Shown: positions 24,798 to 37,476 of the stretch, piece after piece
Numbering within the stretch: position 1 is the stretch's first letter
Layout: each line of letters begins with the position of its first letter
Source: Haliotis rufescens
Lineage: Eukaryota
DNA length: 64,000 bases
Assembly (NCBI RefSeq): GCF_023055435.1
Contig: NW_025963791.1
Location: forward strand, 33,108,001 to 33,172,000
Reading direction: 5' to 3'
Notes under the pieces: generated by a model
Databases searched by the model: none
The model's input: only the letters and a program-made list of their open reading frames with translations
Told to the model about the DNA's origin: nothing
Translations under genes and position numbers: made by a program

Positions 24798-25545
24798 CTG
24801 TAAGTGGACATGTCTGTAGTTATTTGACAGATCATCATATTTGTTTTATACATCAAAAGATGAAAATGAAACGAAAAGCCCCTGATCTATTTTCAAGTAA
24901 GTTAAAGCAGGTGGGTTAGGGTAGGAGATTAAGTGCTGGTCCATCACGCTGAAGACTCGGGTTGGATTCCTCACATGTGTTTAATGTGTGGAGCCCAATG
25001 CTTGCCACGATGCATGCTAACATTGGCGTAATACTCAACTCACTCACTCACCTAACAGGTACATTTACACTTTACAAGCGTGAAGTACTGATCAATATTA
25101 TCTATCTGTAACATTCTATAATTACCCTTTACACACAGCGTCATTTGTACACCTTTTTAGACAATTTGTTTTCCAGTGCATTATGGGTCACCTTAACATA
25201 TATTTATATACATTATGGTAGCGTCATGTTCGCCGCCAATAATCAACATGGCAATAAGTAGTTGCATGGCCAGTGCACACTGACCTTAAAAAAATACACA
25301 TTGCATCTTTGTTCCTAAGACTTGTTTACAGTTTACAGAGGCATGCTTTTGACAAATTCGTCTTATAGATAAATGTATATTTTCTGGTGTTGTTTAGTTG
25401 TTATCCTTGGAACAGTCTGTTGCTGTTATGATATCATTATACTATACTTAAAAAACAAGCACCATTTAATCTTACAATGCCATAAAAATATTTTTATTAC
25501 AAGATGTATGTTTGCAAAATTCATACAAAAAAAACAAACTAATAC

Positions 25546-25843
25546 CTGTTTTGACAACGTCAGCTTGTGTGTCAATCAGCCCCTGTATAATGATGCTGGG
25601 TTTGATCTGCCCTGCCCACTCCTCCACAGGCCTGCTGGGGCTGGGGACCTTGGTATCTTGTCGACAGAAGGCACAGGGGATCGCTTTGGACTGTATAGCA
25701 TCTGGTCTTGTTTGGATGTATCCTGTGACACATTTCCTGCAGAATGTGTGATCACATCTCAGTGTACAGGGGTCTGTGTACAGTTCCTGGCAGATCACAC
25801 AAGTGAGGAACTCCGTCACTTTCTCAGCCTGCGACGTCGCCAT
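25546..25843 (-). CDS. TRIM-C coding exon 1 (RING)
   Basis: ctgcAG|ATG at 25843; MATSQAEKVTEFLTCVIC..CAFC; GT donor at 25545-25544; 298 nt, phase 1. Confidence 0.92.
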
Positions 25844-28745
25844 CTGCAGTAACCTAGAGAATTGTAATGTTTGTAGAATCCAATTGCAGTGTAACATATT
25901 AGCATAGTGATTACTGCTATATGTAGGATAGCTCCATCAGACGGGTAACCCACTGATTTAAGCACTTGTTTGCCTTGCCAAAGTACTGGATTCGTTTCCT
26001 CACTTTAATACTGCATGTGTTCTCCCGTTTCATATCAATGCCCTTCAGCAAGCCTACAGTGATAACACAGAGTCCCACCACAGCACGCCATTTGGGGGGG
26101 GGGGGGGGGGGGGATTTTAGTCCCATATCGTCACCTCTTTCGACCAGTAAATACTTCCTCCCAACATTTACTGAAACTATTTTGTTTTGCTACTTTGTCT
26201 TTGCACCAGTTTCATCCGTTACCAGACTAAAAGACGTCATACGTCGGTAACAAGTTTGAACGGTTGAATGAAGCGCTCCACCAATGGCTGACAAACATGG
26301 TTGCAAATCAGTATGATAAATGGGATAGTTCACTCAAACACCATATTAATACGCGGACTGTAAAGCTGAGCGAGGTTAGTTTGAAAAGTTGAGCATCATT
26401 GATCGAAATTAGGTCTGAAACATCGATTATTGTAAGATTGAGATATAAGGGTAAGAGATTACCTTCGTGTGATTCCGAATCATAAATATCAAATATGACG
26501 AATGCATAATACATGTATGTAGTATTCTCGCCAGAAGATCGCACAATGCAATGTTTATTTCATATATATGGTATTTGTGACACGGAATCACACTCAGTTA
26601 TTACTCTCTATTTCACAAGTGTACAGCTTACATAATCAAGAGATGGCTTTTAGTTTTGTTGTTCTGCAACACCACACTCAGCAATTTTACAGCTATTTGA
26701 TGTCATTCTGTAAATAATGAAGTCATTTTGGCAGATAACCTACTGATCTATGATCTTTGCGATTGGGATACCATAACATGCATCAACCAAGTCCGCGGGC
26801 CTCCTGTTAGTCGCCTCTACAATATTGTTAATACTTGTTAATACGCGAAATACGGTAGAGAGGGCTTGAGTATCAGGGTCTGGTTGTGAAATGGACGTTT
26901 CATATTCACATAACGCCAACACCTTTCGTCGATATAAAGCTATGGTAATGAAAGTTTAAAATATACGCTTGAAATTACCTTGATAGTTCGACATAATTGT
27001 ACTATTGGTGAAGCATGTTTAGGTCAAGAGCCCATAAAAAAACAAAAGTACAACTGCAGTTATGTGCACAGGGTACACAGTAGGCCCAGAGTTCACTCTC
27101 TACAACTATCTAGCTACCATATCGCCTCATCCAGTCATGGCATAAAATCAGTTTGTCAACTGAGGACTGCGGATCGACCATTGAGAAAGTGTCTTACGGC
27201 GCACTTATACGTCTTGGATTGGCTGTGAATCATAGAATATGTTTAAAATATCTATACCAATCTCTTCCATAATCATTAACCTCCCCCAAAATACTTTGGC
27301 TGGCCCAACGAAATCTCAACCGGTTTATGTTTTTTCACCTGGAATCCTTACGTCTTGATCTAAAATACAAGGTTTATAATAGACAGATCTTGAATACAGT
27401 GGAAGATTCCAGCTTGACGCAAGTGTACACATTTATGTGAGACAAAAACTATTCAATTTCAGATATTTTCCATGTCAAATAATGTACCATAAAATGTAAT
27501 CGTGTAATATTCGTAATATTAACTGATGTTGAAAGTGTAAAGTAATCGTGTACATATGTATATATTTATACCATGTTATGTCCAGTACAAACACTAAACC
27601 TACCTCTGAGTTGTCCCCTGTCCTGTGTTTGTGTGATATCTTTCTAGTCACAAGATCAGTATACGCCCACACCATGTGATCTGCCTGTGTAAATCAGATT
27701 AGTAATGTTATCTTTGACACTGGTCTTCACAAGATAAACAAATCAGATAGACAGTGCAGACTCGTTTGTAAGAAGAGTGGTGTATCTCTGAAGCATATTT
27801 GGTGGAAGAAGTGAACGTTTGGAGCCAAATTGTCATAGTAAAGACACCATGTTTATGCTCCTCCATACACGATGCACGATGCAAATCTTTCCACTGAGTC
27901 TTCTGGTAGGGTTAACCTGGTATGTGGGATCAACACCGTGGAATAGTTGGGTGATATTTAAGGATTTTGAGGACAAATTGTATAAAATCGTGAAGCAAAC
28001 TTAATCGTCCTTTCGTAGATTAAAAAGCGAACATGCCGTTCGCCAATCACGCGGCAAACAACCATCTTGGAATAGTGACTGGCACAAGCGTGAATTGGAA
28101 ATTGAATTTTGGGTTCCGATGGCTATATTATCACTGTTACTTAAGCACGGGACAAAATATATGTTGTAATAAATTGTAACATCGGCGAGTCTTGTTTCCT
28201 GATTGACGAAGTCTGTTGAAGGTTGACCTTGACGTGAGTTTCAAAGTTGTAGACCAGTTCATTTGTCATTCGTACTGTTTTGGCTCTTGTTTTAACATGT
28301 CGTCACTTCCTTAACCCATATTGATGATCATGAATGAGTTTTCGTCATCATATTCAGATAGTATATTGTTAAAAATACCACAGTAGAGTTTATATGACAC
28401 ACTTGCAAAACCAACACCACAGTAAGAAAACGTTTCTCTGACGTGAGAACTGGACCGGAGTTGGACCAACTAGAGGGTACATACCAGTCTCCAGTCAGAA
28501 TAACCTGTGAAAGTATCCAATACAACCGTTATGTATAAAACATCAACTGATATATTATCACATCCAGGCCAAATTCAACTTGTGCGTGACGTGTCTCACT
28601 TCTTCCAGAGTTATTGAGGTATTAAAGTCTATCTACGTTGTCCTATATAATCACTGATTGTTTGTGAGAATAATCGTGGATTGGAATAGTTTATATCCCT
28701 CCTTCAGGCCAACTACTGGCCAACACAGCGCTCTCCCCCTACCTG

Positions 28746-28997
28746 NNNNNNNNNNNNNNNNNNNNNNNNNNNNNNNNNNNNNNNNNNNNNNNNNNNNNNN
28801 NNNNNNNNNNNNNNNNNNNNNNNNNNNNNNNNNNNNNNNNNNNNNNNNNNNNNNNNNNNNNNNNNNNNNNNNNNNNNNNNNNNNNNNNNNNNNNNNNNNN
28901 NNNNNNNNNNNNNNNNNNNNNNNNNNNNNNNNNNNNNNNNNNNNNNNNNNNNNNNNNNNNNNNNNNNNNNNNNNNNNNNNNNNNNNNNNNNNNNNNN
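28746..28997. other. Assembly gap (N run)
   Basis: N run; other gaps at 10209-11060, 45940-46118 and 46327-46457. Confidence 1.
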
Positions 28998-29189
28998 TAG
29001 GCTCATGTACATTTTAGTTATATATAGTAACACACAACTGAGGCAAATTACATTGAGAATAATACAAAGGATACAATGTTGGGTCTTTGTACGTAATAAT
29101 AGAGCTTCCTTCACATACGTAATTATATTTCTGAGTGTACAGCCATTTTGGCTATTTTAGAGATTGCTAGAAGTATTAATACATTGATT

Positions 29190-29600
29190 GTTATAGAATC
29201 TTACATGAATATACTTTTGTCTTTATGATGCGTAAAAGGGGCAGACAAACACAAAATTGGCTTCGTCCTCAATACAACCATTGTTAAATAGCCGACAAAA
29301 GCGTTGTGAATAAACAATAACCTCTCTTCTGCCCAGATTACTCCGCAAAGGCGATTCACTTAATCTCAAAAGGCACAGCATACGTCTATGGTCTCTATTT
29401 CTGAAAGCTGTAACATAATATTCCATATCCAAATATATCTTGACGTGTGAATAATACCTTAATTTACAAGACTCACAAATTTTCATCTGAATACTCTGTT
29501 TTTTACAATCCAACAAACGCTGTCTAAACAGCTGCAAGAATCAATTAACTCACCAATATTCTGTTCGTGCTACACATAACCAAATCCATAAATGTCGAGT
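29190..29600 (-). mobile_element. Non-LTR retrotransposon ORF2 C-terminal relic (RTE-X/L2-like Zn-finger tail)
   Basis: KLRYY..VK....EYY.....NRDHRRML..LRLS..PL....GR......RFC......IEDEANF.F.CP.Y pattern. Confidence 0.7.
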
Positions 29601-30017
29601 TAATATTTAACATTAGTTTTCCGAGAAGATATGTTTCTACATTTAAATAACGTGGTCATTTTGAAAATTATGGTCGATAAATGTAATAAGGAGATAATAA
29701 CCTTCTTGTTTAATTTAAATACACACAAGTAAATACCTAATGATATTACATATGCAGTATCATTTGATAGACACAGTAAACATTTTCTTTCCAAAAGAGA
29801 AATGTTCTGTCATCTTCACGTTTCATCAGGTCGGCAGTGACAAGAAAGTCTGACATGATCATGAACGGAACTAGTTTTACATTTATTAGATAAATTGTGT
29901 GGATAAAATTTAATGTAAGTATTTTGTTTAATTGTCTTATAGAATCTGCTTGTACTTTCTCGGCCAGATTTCATTTTTGAATATATAGATTTGAAACAGT
30001 ATATTTCTTTATTTTAT

Positions 30018-30188
30018 GGGGGCGGTCAGGTAGCCTAGTGGTTAAAGCGTTCGCTGGTCACGCCGAAGACCCGGGTTCCATTCTCGACATGGGTACAATG
30101 TGTGATGCCCATTTCTGGTGTCCCCCGCCGTGATATTGCTGAAATATTGGTAAAGGCGGCGTAAAACCATACTCCCTCACTCCCTCAC
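30018..30188 (+). mobile_element. SINE family 2
   Basis: A-box TAGCCTAGTGG, degenerate B-box, family core and tail. Confidence 0.85.
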
Positions 30189-30673
30189 TACAGCGACATT
30201 AAAGCCTGTCTTGCCTCTGATGCTATCGTGTGTAATGCTACAAGTTTATGTCTTTCTGGTCACATGCACATTTCGCAGTTTACGTGGCATGCTCAAATCA
30301 CTGAAGAATATTTGACATGTTATCAAGAGCCATACTAAACCAAGCTGTCCATCACAGAATGATGACATGAATAACATAACTATGGCCATTACTGCCAGCA
30401 GTCCTAAAAAGAGTTTATTAGATGCAGATGTGGCTGGGCATAGTGGAATCAGGAAATTCAACATTGGGATGCGAGACGCCCAAGATTACTTCAACCGCTA
30501 TGAATATGTCTGATTGTAATAAATGAATCGGAAATCGAAGCAAATGCATAAAACAAACATTGGAATAAAGCAAAAAAGCAGCCACAGTATTGTTTCAGGA
30601 TACTGCCTGAGTGAATTCCAGTGATGGTCTTTCAACAAGGGTCATTGTTCAATGATTTGTCTTCATTGTGGCA

Positions 30674-30839
30674 GGGGCGGTCGGGTAGCCGAGTAGTAAA
30701 AGCGTTTGCTCGTCACGCGGAAGAACCGGATTCGATTCCCCAAATGGGTACAATGTGTGAAACCCATTTCTGGTTTCCCCCGACGTGATATTGCTTGAAT
30801 ATTGCTAAAAGCGGCGTAAAACTATGCTCACTCACTCAC
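30674..30839 (+). mobile_element. SINE family 2
   Basis: A and B boxes; TSD tcattgtggca at 30663-30673 and 30840-30850. Confidence 0.9.
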
Positions 30840-31378
30840 TCATTGTGGCAAGTTTTCAAAGTTTGTTGTTTAGTCACATCAAAACAATTGGACTGTTTTC
30901 AATCTTGTCTTGTGTTATTATTTAATTTCTTAAATAATGTATTCTTTGTAAACCTAAATCAATGTGGCTCCTTAAATTTTAATGTGGCTCCTTAAAGTTT
31001 GAAATTGTGGAGTGATATTGCACATGATATTGCTAGAATATTGCTAAAAGCGGCGTAAACCCATACTCACTCACTCACCCACTCACTCACTCACTCAATA
31101 GTTGAACTCATAATCTAATAACTTACTGGCTCTGCTGTTAAAAACAAGGTTGTTGTTTCCACACAATTAAGGTTTTGCCATGTAGAGAAGAACTAATACT
31201 AAATACATGACTTATTGTGACAATGTGAGGTGAGGCTTGATTAATGCCAATAAAGCTCACAAAGGTGTGACATTGTCGTCATTATTTGAAATGCACACGT
31301 GTTTCCTATTGTAACAATATCCAGTGTGGGCAGAGGCTGTGTAGACAGGTTGTCTTATTGTGATCATCAGAAGAAACA

Positions 31379-32289
31379 GTGGCCTACAACAGTATTGTGC
31401 ATGTGTCTGCCAGCTGTGTCCTGTGTTACCAGTTTATATCTGGAGAGAGAGTGACGCTGTGGCCTATAACAGTATTGTGCATGTGGCTGCCAGCTGTGTC
31501 CTGTGTCACCAGTTTATATCTGGAGAGAGATAGTGACGCTGTGGCCTATAACAGTATTGTGCATGTGGCTGTCAGCTCTGCCCTGTGTCACCAGTTTATA
31601 CCTGGAGAGAGATCGTGACGCTGTTGCCTATAACAGTATTGTGCATGTGGTTGCCAGCTGTGTCCTGTGTCACCAGTTTATATCTGGAGAGAGATAGTGA
31701 CGCTGTGGCCTACAACAGTATCGTGCATGTGGCTGCCAGCTGTGTCCTGTGTCACCAGTTTATATCTGGAGAGAGGGACGCTGTGGCCTATAACAGTATT
31801 GTGCATGTGGCTGCCAGCTGTGTCACCAGTTTATATCTGGAGAGAGATCGTGACGCTGTTGCCTATAACAGTATTGTGCATGTGGCTGCCAGCTGTGTCA
31901 CCAATTTTTTAATATCTGGAGAGAGATCGTGACGCTGTGGCCTATAACAGTATTGTGCATGTGGCTGCCAGCTGTGTCACCAGTTTATATCTGGAGAGAG
32001 GGACGCTGTGGCCTATAACTGTCTTGTGCATGTGGCTGCCAGCTCTGTCCTGTGTCACCAGTTTATATCTGGAGAGATAGTGACGCTGTAGCCTATAACA
32101 GTATTGTGCATGTGGCTGCCAGCTGCGTCCTGTGTCACCAGTTTATATCTGGAGATAGTGACGCTGTGGCCTATAACAGTATTGTGCATGTGGCTGCCAG
32201 CTGTGTCCTGTGTCACCAGTTTATATCTGGAGACAGGGACGCTGTTGCCTATAACAGTATTGTGCATGTGGCTGCCAGCTGTGTCCTGC
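31379..32289 (+). repeat. 80-bp satellite array (~11-12 units)
   Basis: Same unit, with ~73-82 bp variants. Confidence 0.95.
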
Positions 32290-34418
32290 ATGCACCACCT
32301 GTCACATGGCTGTAAAATACTACATGATAAATGGGACACTTCACTCAAACACTATATTCATACGCGGTTTCTGAAGTTGAGTGAGATCAGGTTGAACATC
32401 ACTGATCGAGATTATTAGAAGAATGAAGATAACCCTCATGTGATTCCGAATCGTAAATATGAAATATGAGGAATGCACGGTCTATTGTATGCTCGTTACA
32501 GGGTCGAACAATTCTATTTTTATTGTATAAATTATGATATTTATGATACGGAAACACAATCATGTATTATTCTCTACATGTGTTTTGTTGTGTTTGTTGT
32601 TTAACGCCACACTCAGAACTGTTCCAGTTATATGACGGCGATCTGTAAATTATCGCGTCTGGACCAAACAAGGTTGTGACATCAGGAGCATCGATCTAGG
32701 TAATTATGACACGATGACGTGACACAATACGACAAGCATTGATTGCCCATTCTAACCCGGATCTTCATGGGGAACACAGATATGCATGTGTTACCTATAC
32801 ATGTCAGTATATACTGGTACAATTCAACTTCTTATTCAGGGATATTTAATGCAAGGTAATTATTGTGAAAATATTTTGCATAAATGTTACAGCATCCAAT
32901 GCTGGCATGATAGATTGCGTTGAACTGACAGGTTGTTGTATGAAGGCAGTACATACACTAGTGTATAGATGTGGAAAAAAGGATAATGCACCATTCCTGC
33001 AGCTTAATGCGATATTGATAAAAACTGTTCATACATGAAACACGACAACGCAAGATACGAGTGTCAGGGTCTGGTCGTGAAATGGTTGTTTCCAACGGCA
33101 AGAGCTACGATGACGAATGTTTACAAAAGACACTTGCAATCACCTTGCCAGTTTTTCTATAGGTATTTTTACGTCAAGAGCCTATCAACAGCGAAAGTAC
33201 AGCCGCAGCTCTGTGCACACAGTAGGACCAGAGTTCACTCTCTACAACCATCTAGCAGCGGCGGTTATCACTTCATAGTATAGAAACAGTTTGTCTATAT
33301 GTCTCTACTGAGGGCTGAGGGTCGACCAGTTAGAAAATGACTTACACTTCTTGATCTCCGGTTGGCTATAAATTGTAAAATATATATTTGATGTCTTCTC
33401 TCTTCCTAAATCATTTACCTCCAAACACATATACTTTGGCTGTGCTAGCGAAACATCGACCAATATTAATTATCAACGAATGTTTATTAATAATGTGTTA
33501 GGTAATGATTTTTATATTACGGAATTATTCCGTGTTATGTCCAGTGCGAACACCAAACCTACCTCTCAGTTGTCCCCTGTCCTGGGTTGATATGATATCG
33601 TTCCAGTCACAAGATCAGTATACGCCCAACCGTGTGATCTACTTGTGTAACTCATAGTACTAATGTTATCTATGAGATAGGAGGGAAAAGAAACAAAAAG
33701 CAGACAAATAGTGCAGACTCCTTTTCAAGAAACGTGGAATGTCTCTGAAACAATTTTGGTGGAAGTAGTGATCTTTCCAAGCCGAATTTCCAAAGTAAAC
33801 CCACCGTCCTTATGCTCCTCCTTGCAAGACATATATCTTTCAACTGAGTCTTATGGTATCGTTAACCTGGTACGTTCGATCAACACTGTTGGTAAGGGAG
33901 GGAGATACTTATGGGTTTTTAGGACAAATTGTATAAAATATTGCAGTAAAGTTAAACGTCCTTTCGTAGATTTACAGACGAAAATGCGTCGGGTGCGTTT
34001 CTGTTGTAGGCAAGGATATATGCTGTTCACTTACACTGTGTTACTTCGCGTCTCATGCAGAGATACCTTTAGCTGATATGTAACTGGCATTCGTCGAATC
34101 AAAATCGTATTAAACTTCAATTGATCTTATTTCAGTCATGCTTCACATAACATTTAACGATATTTAAGCAAACAGAGAAATACTTGTCATACGGGCTATA
34201 TCCCGAACTTACTTTGACCTTGTCCACAACGCTGCCAAGTTTACGTGCACAGCGAACTACATTCGCTACACTTTAATATCAGTATGGACATCTCTGAGAT
34301 GTGCCTGCAATGGTTATCATCATCAATCGGCGTATCGCGAAGTGTCTGCGTTCAAGAATCACGCCACGAAAGAGAAAGGCTGACCATGATGTGAGCTGAC
34401 AAATCTAGAAACATAATC

Positions 34419-34528
34419 GGGGCGAACCGGGATTCGAACCCACAATCATAGGTTTCTATCGTGCCCAAGGGACGCAACTCTGCACAGCGAATCGCGGCGC
34501 ATTAGACGACTGGGCCACCCGTGCCCCC
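34419..34528 (-). mobile_element. tRNA-like Pol III head (probable SINE head or tRNA pseudogene)
   Basis: Minus strand GGGGGCACGGGTGGCCCAGTCG (A-box-like) ... GGTTCGAATCCC (B-box), with a long A-B spacer and no canonical cloverleaf. Absent from the paralogous site at 51300. Confidence 0.6.
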
Positions 34529-35295
34529 TATAGACCATGGAAGTGATCATAAACTTGTTATAAATGAAACAAGAGGCATGTGACTTTCTGACTTTAAAAG
34601 GGCAACAATACTCCAACTTTCTGATGCGACGTAAACTTTTAACTCACTTTCTTAGCAGATTCCAATAAGCAAGTCAAACAAGTCAAGGTTATAGTCCATT
34701 ATATGGAAACTCTGAATCTGCGAAGAAAGAGCCATCCACTTTTCAATACTTTCAATATTGGAGTGTTGTTCTGCACTCGACAACGTCAGGGCTGAAAGAT
34801 TAACACAGATATTGGTGAGGTCAGCTGTCACCTAATTTGGTGAAGTCCAAATGGTTCTGGATATATTGTTGCTGGTGGCAAAAGGGTTCAGGACATTTAA
34901 GATAAGGTTGGGGTGGGTCTGCTTGCATTTTGTCAAGTAATGCAAACACCTGTTTAGTTGTTTTGTTGTAGTTGTGTGTGACGGCACAATGACAGAACCT
35001 GTCCGGACGTGCAGTATTGGGATACATTCCATGTGCTATAGGGAGAATTACGTAAGATCAAGTAAAACCTACCGTGAACAAAAGTTATTATAATTGCATG
35101 CACAAATCTAATTGTGTTGTTAGACGTCATATAATTGTTCCAGATTCCTTGACCGTGTGCTTTGTTAGAATATTCAACAATTTTGCAAACATAACACTTT
35201 GGTTTTAGTTGTCATGACATGCTCATAATACTAATCTTATACATTAAGCAGGTTCAAAACATAATTCGAACCTGAACAGACAGGCAGATGGCTAC

Positions 35296-35747
35296 TAGGG
35301 CTGAGATGAGTCCAAATTTACTACCCAGGTACCTGACTCCCTATTACCTGACCATACCCAGGTACCCGACCCCCTATTACCTGACCCTACCCAGGTACAC
35401 TACACCCTGGTCTGACCCGACCAGGGAACCTGCTGTAGGATTCGAGTAGGGTAGAAAATGTCTGATTAGAAATGTTTTACCGGAGCCCTTGCAAAACCCT
35501 TTTCGATACATGTATATACGAACTGATTATGCATACACTGAAATTGACTGAAGCTTCACCTTTACTCAGATATATAAATGTCAGAAGGAATACGTGGATC
35601 ATCAGAAAGAAATAGGAAACATAAGTGATTTGTGGTGTAGCCATGGAGTTTTAGTGTTATTGAACATTATATCAAGTGACTAACTACGGGTCCGGGTAAT
35701 CTTGTGGGTGCCAAGATCCAACCCAGGACCCACCTAACCCAGCCCTA
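35296..35747. mobile_element. hAT-like MITE with internal 33-bp tandem repeat
   Basis: TIRs TAGGGCTGAG / CCCAGCCCTA; 8-bp TSD atggcta[c/a] at 35288-35295 and 35748-35755. Confidence 0.8.
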
Positions 35748-37476
35748 ATGGCTAACAAAATAAGTGTACGAGGTGAGATTCTATTTCCAACCTTTTCAGC
35801 TGTAAAGAGTAATATCAAGTGTCTCCGGCGTAAAAAAGTACAGCTGACCAGCTTTAGTGGCAGAGAGAAAAGGTATGCCAGTTGATCGTGGCGTCATGGT
35901 AACCGATGATGTCACACTGGCCTGCAAAACATTGTGACGCAACCTTAATGTAGCGGTACCTCCTGTGGAATCCAGTTATGGATTAAGAATTTACTTCAAT
36001 ATGTTTTTGCGTGCATGGACGTGTAAGTACATGACAGACAATGGTATAGGGTCATGTTTTTTATTTGTGAAAAATACATTCTGCTCTTGCTGAGTGTAAA
36101 TGCTATTAACAACGATACAATGATTATGTGTGCGGTACAAACAAGTAAAAGAAATCGATTGAAGTTTTCTTTCAATGATTTCAATGATTTTATTTAAACT
36201 GGGGACTATGCATATCACGGGCGAGCCACCGCGAATTCCTACGACGTCACGCAAGTAGTTCGCTATTGGGCGTGGGCTAATGTTATTTCAGGTTAACCAA
36301 TCTATTGCAACGGACTCGCTTGCAATTTATTTATTTAAGAATTAATTTAACAATATTTATTGTGTTTGGAGGTATAAACCTAAAAAAACTTGTGCGCATA
36401 CCATGCGTTAATCTGTGTATAAAACGCAGAGTGTGCATACCGCTCTAAGCACAAAAATACATTTTACAAGTCAACAAAAACAACTTCAAAGGCTGTCTAT
36501 TAAGTCATTAACACAAACAAAGAGCAGACGATTCAAAATATGACACTGTACAGCGCAATAGTGCAACACAAGATCTGCCAACTCTATTATCAGCCAGTCA
36601 TGAAACAAATCCGAGGGTGTGCGTGGCCTAGTGTTTGTTCAGTTTATGCAGAGTAAACTAAATCTATTTTATGGTCTCTGATTATGGAGCAGAAGAACAA
36701 AAATAATTTCATTTTTAAACAAGCAATAACATGGAATCACTTACAGTTTATTTTTTGACAACTGAATAATGAATGTACTATGCCTACAACACTATTATAA
36801 TCTGTATAGATATGGACACAATTGTAGAAGTGTTTCCTCCGTACAAGTATAATTCAGGAGCTATTTGTTATTAAGTGGCTCACCATAACGTTCCACAAAA
36901 CAAACTTCATGGCATCACAAACATCCTACATGGAACACCCTATCTACTATCTAGTAAAGTAAAAACATTCTTTGACCACGGTGCAATGGACCATGTACCT
37001 AACATGGTACTGAATGGAGCTGGGACGAGTCCAAATCTACAGCCCGGGTAACCAACCCGACCCGGGAACCCGCTGATGGTCTCAAGAGATTGGAACTCAT
37101 TAGTGTCATTAAATAATATATCAAGTGACCATCCACAGGTCCAAGTAGTCATGTGAATACTTCAATAACAAGTAAACCATATCATATCTACTAAGAATAG
37201 AGTGAAGTATTGGTATCTCTTGAGCAGATTGGGATCAAACCACGGGCTTTTCGCCTTCCCGGCCGACACTGTACTTACTGGAAGACGGAGGCGATTTAAT
37301 AAAGAGAACCAGGCTGCTAAACACATAATGTGATGTGTAAGGATGTGGAAATAATGTCTGTTGATACACCTTTGTATGACCATTCACACCCCAATCGGAA
37401 GAGTCCATTTTGAGTTGTTATAGTGAATTTAACGCCAGTGATAGTGATGACTGAAGTCATGCTATTATTGATATGA

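Noticed and set aside
23152-25843. Assigning symbols such as TRIM2, TRIM3, TRIM56 or TRIM71
   Set aside because: Architecture is similar but there is no filamin domain, and the copies look lineage-specific. Orthology cannot be established without a phylogeny.
28540-28745. Possible CR1 3' fragment (LFVRIIVDWNSL)
   Set aside because: Only one short motif beside a gap; too little to call.
34419-34528. Functional tRNA gene
   Set aside because: No proper 7-bp acceptor stem, no clear anticodon arm and no T-run terminator. SINE heads elsewhere are likewise not tRNA genes.
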